The notes below the pieces were generated by a model, which did no database searches, had not been told where the DNA came from, and saw only the letters and a list, made by a program, of their open reading frames with translations. A stretch of 64,000 nucleotides of DNA from Chiloscyllium plagiosum (lineage: Eukaryota): assembly GCF_004010195.1 (NCBI RefSeq), contig NC_057718.1, positions 71,660,433-71,724,432 of the forward strand. Direction: 5' to 3'. This document shows positions 51,887-64,000 of this stretch, in pieces. Each line of letters opens with the position of its first letter. Position 1 is the stretch's first letter. The translations under genes were made by a program, and so were the position numbers.

Positions 51887-53071
51887 TGGATATTCTTAGA
51901 AACCTGACAGCAGCTTGTTTCTTTAAAATGCTGACATGATTTCTTTTCTTGCATAGGATGGGCCCTCACTGGTTTTGCAAGCATTTATTACTGATCCTTA
52001 ATTGCTCAGAGGATAGTTAAGAGTCAATCACATTACTTTGGTCTAGAGTCACAAGTAAACTAGCTCTAGTCTCTAATTTATTTCACGGCATGAAGCAAAT
52101 TTCTTTTCCTGATGGACATAATGATGTGATGGATTTTTATGACAAGTAATAGTACTTTCACTTTAAATCTCAAATTGGAGACATGGACCTGGATTTTCAC
52201 CAAGTCACTTGGCACTTCCACCTGGTGCTCCCAACTTTAGTGGCAACATTATAGGGATAGGCATGCCCTGAACCTCTACATAGTTTGTGAAGTTAGGCCA
52301 GCCTTTAAAAGATTCATCACTCACAAGACAGCACTTCAGAAGTGTCCTGAACCATGGACTACATGAGGAAATTTTATAGAAGGTAATTTTAGAATCACTT
52401 TCTTGTACCTTGCAATGGCATTTCCATGTCACCTAAACTATGTCGGACAAATTTACACTATAGTGACAATAGAATGTGTTTACAGAAAAAAGGAAAAAAA
52501 TATTAATTTTTACCATGTTTGAAAAAAAGCTCTTTACTTTAGGAAATTTTGAAAAAAAGCAAGACCCCTTGAAGTATTGATAGCAGAGAATACAACAGAA
52601 AATCTTCTCTGTAAGTGAAGAATATTGTCTTCATCTCAGTCCTAAATAGCTTCATTGTTTCTAGAGGCGAGTGCCCCCAACTGCTCTTTCCCTAGCCAAC
52701 GAGAACATCCTGTTGAGCAGTGTAAGAATTTGATATGATTTAATGAGATCACCTTGTTCTTTTCTAACCTGTAGGAAATAAAGATCCAGTTATAAGATCG
52801 TACAGTAATGAAGAGGCCCTTTAGCCATCGGGTCTGTATTACCAAAAGTATATTATTACCTACGCTAGTCACGCCACCCTCCACATTCTCATCTATATAA
52901 TTTATGAATATCACAAACAGTAAGGGATCCAGTACTTTGCTTTGCCACTGTAGACAGCCTACTTCAGGCAGTCTGTATCTCATAGATACATAGAAACATA
53001 AAAAAAAAGGTGCAGCAGTAGGCCATTTGAGCCTGCACTATCATTCAATATAATCATGGCTTTCTCTCCAT

Positions 53072-54143
53072 TGAAAATGTGTTGCTGGAAAAGCGCAGCA
53101 GGTCAGGCAGCATCCAAGGAGCAGGAGAATCGACGTTTCGGGCATGAGCCCTTCTTCAGGAATGAGGAGAGTGTGCCGAGCAGGCTAAGATAAAAGGTAG
53201 GGAGGAGGGACTTGGGGGAGGGGCATTGGAAATGCGATAGGTGGAAGGAGGTCAAGGTGAGGGTGATAGGCCGGAGTGGGGGTGGGGGCGGAGAGGTCAG
53301 GAAGAAGATTGCAGGTTAGGAAGGCGGTGCTGAGTTCGAGGGATNNNNNNNNNNNNNNNNNNNNNNNNNNNNNNNNNNNNNNNNNNNNNNNNNNNNNNNN
53401 NNNNNNNNNNNNNNNNNNNNNNNNNNNNNNNNNNNNNNNNNNNNNNNNNNNNNNNNNNNNNNNNNNNNNNNNNNNNNNNNNNNNNNNNNNNNNNNNNNNN
53501 NNNNNNNNNNNNNNNNNNNNNNNNNNNNNNNNNNNNNNNNNNNNNNNNNNNNNNNNNNNNNNNNNNNNNNNNNNNNNNNNNNNNNNNNNNNNNNNNNNNN
53601 NNNNNNNNNNNNNNNNNNNNNNNNNNNNNNNNNNNNNNNNNNNNNNNNNNNNNNNNNNNNNNNNNNNNNNNNNNNNNNNNNNNNNNNNNNNNNNNNNNNN
53701 NNNNNNNNNNNNNNNNNNNNNNNNNNNNNNNNNNNNNNNNNNNNNNNNNNNNNNNNNNNNNNNNNNNNNNNNNNNNNNNNNNNNNNNNNNNNNNNNNNNN
53801 NNNNNNNNNNNNNNNNNNNNNNNNNNNNNNNNNNNNNNNNNNNNNNNNNNNNNNNNNNNNNNNNNNCTTCCTGACCTCTCCGCCCCCACCCCCACTCCGG
53901 CCTATCACCCTCACCTTGACCTCCTTCCACCTATCGCATTTCCAACGCCCCTCCTCCAAGTCCCTCCTCCCTACCTTTTATCTTAGCCTGCTTGGCACAC
54001 TCTCCTCGTTCTTGAAGAAGGGCTCATGCCCGAAACGTCGATTCTCCTGCTCCTTGGATGCTGTCTGACCTGCTGCGCTTTTCCAGCAACACATTTTCAG
54101 CTCTGATCTCCAGCATCTGCAGTCCTCACTTTCTCCTCAAAGA
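53072..54143. mobile_element. Young Penelope element with inverted pLTRs flanking an assembly gap
   Basis: 53072-53300 and 53867-54098 are near-perfect reverse complements. Intact hammerhead at 53128-53163 (-) and a C3>T variant at about 54008-54043 (+). Imperfect TSD tttct.tc.attga. Confidence 0.85.
53345..53866. other. Assembly gap (522 N)
   Basis: N run between inverted Penelope pLTRs. Confidence 1.
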
Positions 54144-54144
54144 T

Positions 54145-54680
54145 TTCTGTCTATTGAGCATTTTAGCTGCAAGGCCAAGTCCAGCTCCCTCTTGAATATA
54201 TCCAATGAACTGGCCTCAGCAGCTTTCTGTGATAAGAGAATTCCACAGTTTCACAGCACTGAGTACAGAAGTTCTTCCTCATCTCAATCCCGAATGGCTA
54301 ATTCCTTACTCTGACACTGTTTTGCACTTCCTCCAACATAGGGAACATTCTTCCCACATCTAGCCAGCCCAGTCCCAACAGGATTTAGTATGTTTCTATG
54401 AGATCTCCCCTCATCCTTTTAAATTCCAGTGAGTAAAAGCCCAGTCAATCAGTGTTTCTTCGTATGTCAGTCCTGCCATCCCAGGAATCGGTCTGGTGAA
54501 CATTTGCTGGACTCCCTCAAAAGCAAGAATATCTTCCTCAGACTAGGAGACCAAAACTGCACACAATACTCAAGGTGTAGCCTCACCAAGGCCCTATATA
54601 ACTGCAGCAAGACGTCCTTATTCTGATACTCAAATCATCTCGCTATGAAGGCCAGCATACCATTAGCTTTGCCCATCACC
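54145..54680 (-). mobile_element. CR1 3' fragment
   Basis: Reverse complement of [15 protein letters not shown]; its tail continues at about 52985-53060. Confidence 0.7.
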
Positions 54681-54689
54681 TCCATCAGA

Positions 54690-56260
54690 GGGCAACCTGT
54701 TCAATAGGGCTGGGTTTCATCTGAACTGGTGGGGGACCAATATCTTGGCGACCAAGTTTGCTACTGCTACAAGAGAGAGTTTAAACTAAATTGGCAGGGA
54801 GGTCGGATTCTTAACACCAGGGAGGCAAGTGCAAGGCTGGAAGGAGATAGAGTAATCAGAGAGAGTAAAGTGAAGAGACAAGTCAGGCAGGAACATGACG
54901 GGGACTAAGCAATAACTGTTGGATTAAATTGCTTCTATTTCAATGCAAGAGGGCTAATAAGTAAGGCCAATGAACTCAGGGTGTAGATAGATACGTGGGA
55001 CTGGCATATTATTAGCCATTACAGAAACATAGCTAAGGGAGGTACAGGACTGACACCTTATTGTTCCAGGGTTTAGGTGCTTTAGGCAGGACAGAGGTGG
55101 TGGAAAGAGGGGAGGCGGAGTTGCATTTTTATTAAGGCAAGTATTACAGCAGTAATCAGAGATGAAATAACTGAAGAATCATCCAGTGAGGCATTGTGGG
55201 TGGAGCTAAGAAATAATAAGGGGATAGGCACCTAAATAGTCAATGGGAATTAGAGGAACAAATATGCAGGGAGATTGGGGAGACTTGCAGGAGCAATAGG
55301 GTTATCATAGTAGGGGATTTAAATTTTCCTAATATAGAGCAGGACTGCCATCACATGAAGGGCTTAGATGGGGTGGAATTTGGGAGGGAAGTTTCCTCAG
55401 AAAGTATAGGGAGGGTCCTACTTGAGAAGGGGCAAAACTCGATTTACTGTTGGGAAATAGGACAGGACAGGTGACTGGGGTGACAGTGGGGGAACATTTG
55501 GGGACCAACGAGCATAGTTTTATTAATTTTAAAATAGTTGTAGAGAGGGACAAATCTGGTCCATAGGTTCAAGTTCTAAATTGGGGCAAGGCAAATTTTG
55601 ATGGAATTAGTCAGAAACTTGCAGGGGTTGATTGGAGTAGTTTGCTTGCAGGTAAAGGGATCTACGGCAAGTGGGAGGCCTTTAAAAGTGAGATCGCTAG
55701 AGTTCCTGTGAGGGTGAAGGGCAAGGTTGACAAGAATAGAAAACCCTGGATGACAAGAGATGTTCAGGCTTTGACCAGAGAAAAGAAGGAGGTAAGGATC
55801 AAATACGGGCAGCTGGGATCGAGGGAATCCCTGGGGGCATATAGGAGATGCAGGAGAAGGAAATCAGAAAGGCGAAAAGGGGGCATGAGATACACTTGAC
55901 TGAGAAGATTAGTGAGAATTCAAAGACGTTCTTTAAGTATATTAAAGGAAAAGAATAACTAAAGAGAGTGTAGGACCCCTGAAGGACCGAAGTGGGCATG
56001 TATGTGTAGAACCGCAGGACATGGGCGAGGTCCTCAATCACTCTTTCTCCTCTGTGTTACTGTGGAGAAAGACATGGGGAAGCTGGGGAAGTCAGAGGTG
56101 ATAGCTGGAGGACAGTCCATATTACTGTAGAGGAGCTGTTAGACATATTAGAATGTATGAAAGTGGATAAATCTAGCCCTGACCAGATATATCTAAGAAC
56201 ACTGCAAAAGGCTAGAGAAGAAATTGCGGGGGCCCTGGCTGATATTTTTACATCATCGTT
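54690..56260 (+). mobile_element. CR1 LINE: ORF1 end and ORF2 APE-to-RT linker
   Basis: HLNW.GT..LA, CFYFNARG, IAITET, IVGDLN and EEIAGALADIF. Confidence 0.8.
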
Positions 56261-57220
56261 AACCCAGACCCAAGCAATAAAAGGAAACAGACAAAATAGT
56301 GAGCACTCTGCCCACCCCCAACTATATATCAACACCAAGCCTAATCTGAGAGAAAAAAAACAACAGCAGCTTCTTTAAGAAAAGGGTAACATTACAAGAA
56401 ACATAGCAAGAGAAAAAAAATAAACATTATTGTCCGTGTCTAAAAATCCATAAGAATTATTTTAAAGTGTCCAAGAAATTTTTCACTCGTTCTGAGGAGA
56501 CAAATGACCGCACCATTGGGTATCTAATACCAAGGTCCCTTAATTTTCTTTTGACCTCATCAAATAATTTCCTTTTATGGATCACTGCCGCAGAAAAACA
56601 TCTTAGTTCCCTGTCCGGGCCTGTGGATCTTTCCCCTTCCTTCTAGAAGATTCAAGGAGTTTCTGCTTGTCCCTGTAGCTTTGAAATCATATCAGATCGG
56701 GCAGGGGTGCCATGAAATCTGTGCACCGCAACCTGGTGAGCTCTATCAACCTTCACTTAGTCAGTCTTGACATCCCAGCCAAATAACTGTGGCAGCTTGT
56801 TTTCAAAAAAGCTTGACAGGTACCCACTTTCCACTCCTACCTCAATTTTCCAGATCATAGACCTGTTCAGTCAAGGCCTGGACATGTTTTTCGAGGGCCT
56901 CGATTCACCCCTCTGAGGACTCCGCCTTGGTCTCCAATGCCTATCCAACTCGCTTCCCGAGCCCTTCCAACTCCTTCTCATGCTTTTGTAGCATGACCGA
57001 AATCGGTTTCAGCCGAGTACGATTGTCTTCCATCAACTCCTTGATTGCCACGAGTCCTTCAGCAACGTTCTGTTGTGCAGGTACCTCTTTCTTGGCTGTC
57101 GAGGGAGCTGCCGCTGCATCCGCAGTTGCGGCACCACCTGATGCTTTCGACAAGTGTCCCGTGTGTTGGAGCTTGGCTGTACGCTTTCCTTTCATCATAC
57201 TTGCTCACTCCAAAAGAATT

Positions 57221-57938
57221 TACAGCAGAACCTCGACTATCAGAACATCAACCATTGGAATCGCTGACCATCCGAACAAGATCCGATCATCTTCTGCCTG
57301 GGAACCCTCCAACCACAAGGGATGAACTCAAATTTCTCCAGTTTCCTCATTTCCCCTCCCCCCACCTTGTCTCAGTCAAATCCCTCGAACTCAGCACCGC
57401 CTTCCTAACCTGCAATCTTCTTCCTGACCTCTCCGCCCCCACCCCCACTCCGGCCTATCACCCTCACCTTGACCTCCCTCCACCTATCGCATTTCCAAAG
57501 CCCCTCCCCCAAGTCCCTCCTCCCTACCTTTTATCTTAGCCTGCTGGACACACTTTCCTCATTCCTGAAGAAGGGCTTATGCCCAAAACGTCGATTCTCC
57601 TGTTCCTTGGATGCTGCCTGACCTGCTGCGCTTTTCCAGCAACACATTTTCAGCATCCGAACAAGATCTCAAGACCCTACAAAAACAACACTAGGCAAAC
57701 TAGCATTCAGCTATCAGTTAAACGGCATTATGGCATGCATTGCCAGATAACCAAGAGATGTTTAATAGCTGGCTGCTCATGGTGAACTGGCATTAGGGTG
57801 TACATTGCCGGATAATCGAGAAACGCTTGAGCAACCGGCACTCATAGATTGCTGCTAGTCTCCGGCCACCTGAACAATCAATCATCCAAACATAATACTC
57901 CCTGCCCGACTCATTTGGACAGTCGATGCTCCACCGCA
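57221..57938. mobile_element. Pogo/Tigger-like non-autonomous DNA transposon relic
   Basis: Left end ta+cagcagaacctcgactatc, degenerate right TIR gacagtcgatgctccaccgca, internal cggataatcgag. Removing it rejoins the L1 5' UTR. Confidence 0.45.
57284..57653 (+). mobile_element. 5'-truncated Penelope insertion (GIY-YIG end + pLTR, hammerhead with G12>A at 57561-57596)
   Basis: Perfect 15-bp TSD catccgaacaagatc (57269-57283 / 57654-57668); translates IFCLGTLQPQGMN. Confidence 0.88.
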
Positions 57939-59153
57939 AATGGATTTAAATGGTGGAGGGGTAAAAATATCAGTACTGCTGGGCTGGAGTGCAGATCTGC
58001 TCAGATTGCTGCCATCTTGGAATCTTGGATCCCCCCACCACGGCACCTTTAACACTGTTCCCAAGCCTGGTGGAACATATGCTTGCATGAGCCCACAGCT
58101 TGGCGGAGAATTCAATAGAGCTTGTCATGGCTGCCCAGAAAGGCGTGTATGCACAACTACAGTAAAGTCTGGACATCCTGCGGTAAGCAATTGTAGATAT
58201 CACAAATTTGTAGTAGCCAATTGAAAAAGTGTATCAGGGTGATATAGTGCATTGCGGGCATCCTGGCGCATGCTTCGGACCTCAGTGTGAGTCCAGGGCT
58301 TGTCTAGAGGTGTAATGCCTATCATAATGCGGGGATACTGGTTATCGGCAGTCTGGGGCGTCAAGGCTGCGACTGCACTCCGAGTAAGTCTGGTTTTGGA
58401 AGTGGGAACAGTGCTCGCTTGATCTGGGTGTCCTGTCCCTGACATGCTCTGTACAACAGATCCCTTCAAAATCCCTTGATTCGTGGGGGAGGTGGAATTG
58501 ATTCATTTGGTGCATGTCTAATGGCAAAAAGTACAAACGGAATTCCTTTATCCTAATCATCTGGATAGTCTTGATTATAAGCCCTTCACATGGTCTTTAA
58601 CATCAGATGCTACCTTTCTAGTGCTCCCTGCAATTCTGGATAGTTTGCAGTGGATTTGATTTTATTCCTAATCTGTCTACAACTTTCTTAAATAATTTTG
58701 ATGTAAAATTTGACCCTTGATCTGATTGTATCTCTGTAGGTAGTCCATATCTAGTGAAACATTTGAGTAACTCTTATACAATTTCTTTAGTAGTGATGTT
58801 GCATAGTTGAATAGCCTCTGGAAATCTAGTCGACACATCTATTAATGTTAACAAGTACTGATTCCTACTTCATGTTTAAGGTTGGGGTCCTACATAATCA
58901 AATGCAGGAATGGGTAGTAAAGGTGCAGGTTTTATTAATGCCTGCGGTTTTCTCATTGCCTGACAAGTGTGATGTGTCTGGCAAAATTCAGCTACTTCTT
59001 TATGCAGTCCAGACCAATAAAAATGCCATTTTTTAGAAAATGCTTGTCTTTTTCCAAATGACCTCCTGACTGGTACTTCATGCACTACCTGCAACATCTC
59101 TTACCTATAAGCCACTGGTAATTCAACTTGTCTCATGTCTCATCTGCCTGAAA

Positions 59154-59412
59154 ACTGTATATATTCGTGTAAAAGTCAAATTTTTTCGACTATTTCTAAG
59201 TTTATAGAGTCGACAATTACACAGGTACTAGTTTTGAGGGGCTGAAATTCATGCTACAGTACAAAATACTGTATTATTAGCAGAAGTCCATTTGATATCT
59301 CAACTAATCCCAGGTAAAGTAGAAAAGCACAATGAATTATGGTAAAGGTAATCACCGGATAAAGCAAGAGAAACGAATGAATTACTGGTAGTAAATTGTA
59401 TTTATACGTACT
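59154..59412. mobile_element. Possible Tc1/mariner (Tc2-like) MITE fragment inside the Gypsy element
   Basis: ctgtatatattcgtgtaaaagtc resembles CCGTATATACTCG.GTATAAG-type TIRs; the second TIR is not clear. Confidence 0.3.
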
Positions 59413-60299
59413 GGTATGAAAATATGTGAGTAGACCTTACCTTCATAAGTAACTGGTTGAAGAAGATCTGGCACTTTCTCCTTAACCAATCTCTGACCAG
59501 GTTGTACATTCTGGTGTATCGTTTTAGTCTCTAGTGTGCTTTCTTTTACCACTTCAACAAAATGCAATGGCTTACCCTGTTTTCCTACATTCATCTTCCC
59601 AGTGCTTTTTCTAATCCACCAACACAATGATTTCATATGGCCTACTTTATTGCAGTGAAAACACCTGAGTTTTTTAACTTTCCTCTTTATTACTTTCCTC
59701 CTTTTCCTTTTTATCCTGTGGTAAACTATCTTTATTACCTTCAAAGAGATGTAGTTTTCTCTTACCACCTGAGCATTTCTTCTTTCCCCAATTTCTATCT
59801 GAAATTGTTATCAGAAGTCAAACTTTGATTTAGAACCAACTCATGATTGTCAGCCATTTCAGCTGCTTCATGTTGTTTTAACTTTCTGCTCTACATGAGT
59901 TCTCACTACCTCAACAAGTCAATTTTTGAACTCCTCCAAAATAATCATCTGCCTGAGAGCATCATACGTTTAATCTATTTTTAAAGTCCTTATCGAGATT
60001 ACTTTGTTTGATCTTTTCAAACTCAATATATGTTTGACCAGGGTCCCTCCTTAGATTCCTGAAATGTTATCTGGAGGCTTCTGGCACAAGCTCATTTGCA
60101 CATAAAATGGCTTTATTCACCTTCTCATACTCCACAGATACCTCCTCTGATAGTGATGCAAAGACCTTACTTGCTGTACCTGCCGGCTTTGTTTGAATCA
60201 ACAAAATCTACTTAATCACTGGCCACTTAATGTGTTTAGTTACCTTCTCAAATGAGGTGAAAAGGCGTCCTTCTCATCAAATTTAGGCAATGCTTGGAT

Positions 60300-60867
60300 T
60301 TTTTTTAATAGATATTTTTATTAGAAATTTAACATTTTTACAAGTTTACAAAAATAAACAAAACTCTCAAATATAAACATTGATATACAATTAAATCAAA
60401 TACACAATAGCCAAAATTTAACAAAAGAAGAAAGAAAAAAAAGCCCGAAAAAGAAAAAAAGAAACTCAACTATCTACTAATCTAACCTATAACTAACCAG
60501 AGTGTATATTAAATCTCTTACATGCTCGGAATGTGTTAACATCCGATGTAATAAAACCCATATTCGTGCGGGATTCCTCTCCTAAGGACCAGCCAGGTTT
60601 GTAATCTCAATTAAATAAAAGCCCTTGTTAGAATAGCCGAGATATGTGTATTTATGTAATTCAAGAAGGGCTGCCATATTTTATAAAATAATTTGTGTTT
60701 CGGTGCACCATATTTGTAAGGAAGTCAAGGGGAATACATTCCATAATTAATCTGTGCCAATTTGAAAGTCCAGGGGGGCCCTCAGCCACCCAGTTCACCA
60801 AAATATTTTTCCTTGCACAGAAAGAAAGAATAGAAAATAGTCTCTTCCCGTACATGTCCAGGGAGGG
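60300..60867 (-). mobile_element. 5'-truncated L1 3' end inserted in Gypsy gag
   Basis: TSD gcttggat (60292-60299 / 60868-60875); highly similar to the L1 end at 24358-25333. Confidence 0.88.
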
Positions 60868-61717
60868 GCTTGGATATATTTAAACAGATCCCCACCAGGC
60901 TTTTGGCTATTATGGGTTTGCTCATCCTCCCTATCCTCCTCACTAAGCCTACCTTCTACCTTCACCTCCATCCTTTTCAACCAACTTTCTTGTCTAAGTG
61001 CCAGTTTATGAAGTTCAAACTCTCTCTCTTTCTCCATTTCCTCTCCTTTTGTTCTACTAGGGTGTTTCATTCTTTTTCTCTTGCCTGTGCCTTTGACCAT
61101 AATTCAAACTGTTTCATTTATTTTTGTCTTTCATTTTCTTTTGCCGTTAACTCAAGCTGCTTCATTTTCAATTGAATTTCCAAAGATTATAATAGCTATT
61201 CCAGCAAATTTAAGTGCCAAACTATGGCTGGAATTATCTCTCCAGTTCTCATGGATGCAGGCAATTCCAACTCCAGCTTGTCTGCCACTTCCAGCAGCTT
61301 TGCCTTGCTTACCTTTGTAAAGCCCCCAAAGTCACTTCTATCAGGTGCAGAAAACTCTTAGTGACTGAAAGAGCCATTTCTATCCCAAGCACTGCTTAAA
61401 CCAACCAAATTCAATACCCGGAATGAAACACTTATCACTTGCTGCTTTCGAGTCCAAAGATCCTAATCCTAAATTGGAATGAACAAATCAATCCTGACAA
61501 AAACCCTCAATTTGTTATGGACCAGGCCACACCCACTCAAAATATTTGAAGAAGATAGCCTACACCCTAACGTTTTCTTACTTTAAAGGCAAATGTCGAG
61601 TAAATTCCAGATGTGATGAGCTGGTCAAGCCACTCAGCTTTAAGCAAAACAGAATTTATTTAAACACTATAGTTGAAACATGAACAAAAGAAAACAGAAT
61701 TTAGAATAACTTAACTG

Positions 61718-63377
61718 CTTGAGAACTTTGTATGGAGCTGCAGGAGATGGAGGAGATACTAAATGAGTATTTTGCATCAGTATTTACTGTGGAAAAGTAT
61801 ATAATGTAGGGAAATAGATGGTGACATCTTGAAAAATATCCATATTACAGAGGAGGAAGTGCTGAAAGGCATAAAAGTGGATAAATCCCCAGGACCTGAT
61901 CAGGTGTACCCTAGGACTCTGGGGGATGCTAGGGAAGTGATTGCTGGGCTCTTACTGAGATATTTGTATCATTGATAGTCACAAGTGAGGTGATGGAAGA
62001 CTGGAGGTTGCCTAACATGGTGCCACTGATTAAGAAGGGTGGTAAGGACAGGCAAGGGAAATATAGACCAGTGAGCCTGATATTGGTGGTGGGCAAGTTG
62101 TTGGAGGTAATCCTGAGGGACAGGATGTACATGTATTTGGAAAGGCAAGGACTGATTAGGGATAGTCAACATGGCTTCGTGTGTGAGAAATCATCTCTCA
62201 CGAACTTGACTTGAGTTTCTTGAAGAAGTAAAAAAGAGCACTGATGAGGACTGAGCGGTGGACGTGATCTACATGGACTTCAGTAAGGTGTTCAACAAGG
62301 TTCCCCATGGGAGACTGGTTAGCAAGGTTAGACCTCATGGAATACAGGGAGAACTCGCCATTTGGGTACAGAACTGGCTTAAATGACCAGTGGAGTGCCA
62401 CAAGGATCGGTGCTGGGTCCATTTCATTATTTATATAAATGATTTGGATGTGAGCATAAGAGGTATAATTATTAAGTTTGCTGATGACACCAAAATTGGA
62501 GGTGTAGTGGACAGTGAAGCAGGTTACCTCAGATTACAATGGGATCTTGATCAGATGGGCCAATGGGCTGAGAAGTGGCAGACGGAGTTTAATTTAGATA
62601 AATGCGAGGTGCTGCATTTTGGAAAAACAAATCTTAGCTGGACTTATACACTTAATGGTAAGGTCCTAGGGAGTGTTGGCTGAACAAAGAGACCTTAAAG
62701 TTCAGGTTCATAGCTCCTTGAAAGTGGAGTGGCAGATAGATAGGATGGTAAAGAAGGAGTTTGGTATGCTTTCCTTTATTGGTCAGAGTATTGAGTACAG
62801 GATTTGGGGAGGACATGTTGGGGCTGTACAGGACATTGGTTAGGCCACTGTTGGAATATTGCATGCAATTCTGGTCTCCTTCCTGTTGGAAGTATGTTGT
62901 GAAACTTGAAAGGGTTCAGAAAAGATTTACAAGGATGTTGCCAGGGTTGGAGGATCTGAGCTATAGGGAGAGACTTGAATAGGCTAGGGCTGTTTCCCCT
63001 GGAGTGTCGGAGGCTGAAGGGAGACCTTGTAGAGATTTACAAAATCATGAGGAGCATGGATAGGATAAATAGACAAAGTCTTTTTCCAGGGATGGGTGAG
63101 TCCAGAACTAGAGGGCATAGTCTTAGGATGAGAGGGGAAAGATATAGAAGAGACCTAAGGGGCAGTGTTTTCTCACAGAGGGTGGTACGTGTGTTGAATG
63201 TGCTGCCAGAGGAAGTGATGGAGGCTAGTACAATTGCAACATTTAAAAGGCATCTGGATGGGTATATGAATAGGAAGGTTTGAAGGGATATGGTCTAGGT
63301 GCTGGCAGCTGGAACTAGATCGGGTTGGGATATCTGGTTGGACCGAAGGGTCTCTCTCTGTGCTGTATATCTCTATG
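61718..63377 (+). mobile_element. CR1/HER1 LINE 3' portion inserted in the Gypsy LTR
   Basis: RT motifs (SQHGF, KFADDTKIGG, LVRPLLEYC). Imperfect 12-bp TSD ataactYaactg (61706-61717 / 63378-63389). Confidence 0.87.
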
Positions 63378-64000
63378 ATAACTCAACTGACCCAATACCA
63401 CTATTTAACTAAGGAGCTGTTCCAATTCTTGTAATATCCCATAAACACACCCCTTTGCAAAAGGTACGTTCAAAATCCCGTTCTTAGGAGCAAGACAAAT
63501 TTCAGAGAGCGAAGTCAGTTAAGAATCACCTGTTGAAGCATGACATTTTTTTTGCACTGTTGCAGCTTCTGACTGCCTGCTGAAACTAAACCAAACTGGA
63601 AAACACCTCAAATGGGAGAATTGGCCACTCCCTAACCATCATTAATGTAAGATGTGGAGGTGCTGGTGTTGTACTGGAGTGGACAAAGTTAAAAATCACA
63701 CAACACCAGGTAATAGTTCTCACTTTTTCAGAGGCTGCTTCTTCATCAAGTAGCTAATGGGGCAGGATCACAGGACATAGAATTTATAATAAAAGATCAA
63801 AATGTCATACAATTGGTGTGAAGATTGCTGTCAAGTCTTTAATCATCTGAGGATGCAGGTTTCGAGTGACTAATATGTAGATCCCAGAACTTCTTTCAAG
63901 TCACAGTCCTCCATTCGAAGAAAATACTCTTCCATCAAAAAGGTATTATTGAGTTTGGCACTGGCCTTCCAACATTTTACTGTTGATGTGATGAACAATG

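Larger units (their letters stand above)
56265..58036 (-). mobile_element. L1 5' portion (5' UTR + ORF1), 3'-truncated, with nested insertions
   Basis: Minus strand starts ggggggatccaagattccaagatggc, like the L1 at 13929. ORF 56941-57198 MMKGKRTAK...KHEKELEGLGKRVG is coiled-coil-like; further ORF1 text RFQSYRDKQK follows. Confidence 0.75.
58545..63645 (-). mobile_element. Decayed Gypsy LTR retrotransposon (Gmr1-like): 5' LTR from 61513 rightwards, PBS, gag with zinc knuckle, integrase
   Basis: LTR edge tgttatgg at 61513. PBS-like tgagggtttttgtcaggat resembles a tRNA-Pro PBS. Gag starts MALSVTKSF at 61377 and includes KYIQA|LPKFDEK and CFHCNKVGHMKSLC. Integrase has FYWSGLHKEVAEFCQTHHTCQ..K...APLLPIP..DYVGP and IQSDQGSNF. 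Confidence 0.82.

Overview
Eukaryotic genomic DNA from a cartilaginous fish. HE1-type V-SINEs and abundant CR1/HER1-type LINEs point to a shark or other elasmobranch (inference). The only host gene seen is cytosolic acetoacetyl-CoA thiolase (ACAT2) on the + strand. Three internal coding exons (3020-3154, 25490-25671, 50806-50923) are separated by introns of about 22 and 25 kb; exon 1 and exons 5 onward were not found in the window. Almost everything else is nested transposable-element sequence: CR1/HER1 LINE fragments, eight HE1 SINEs, older SINEs, a decayed near-full-length L1, L1/Tx1 fragments, a decayed Gypsy LTR element, solo LTRs, DNA-transposon relics and many Penelope-like (RT + GIY-YIG) elements. 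The most striking hidden signal is about 20 minimal type-I hammerhead ribozyme motifs (CTGANGA-stem II-GAAAC-GTH) of three sequence families in the Penelope pseudo-LTRs. These include a sense-strand tandem array upstream of ACAT2 exon 2 (presumed intron 1), TSD-flanked 120-205 bp ribozyme-headed mini-insertions and a perfect 72-bp hairpin insertion. There are three assembly gaps. Repeat boundaries were estimated by eye and are approximate unless a TSD is quoted.
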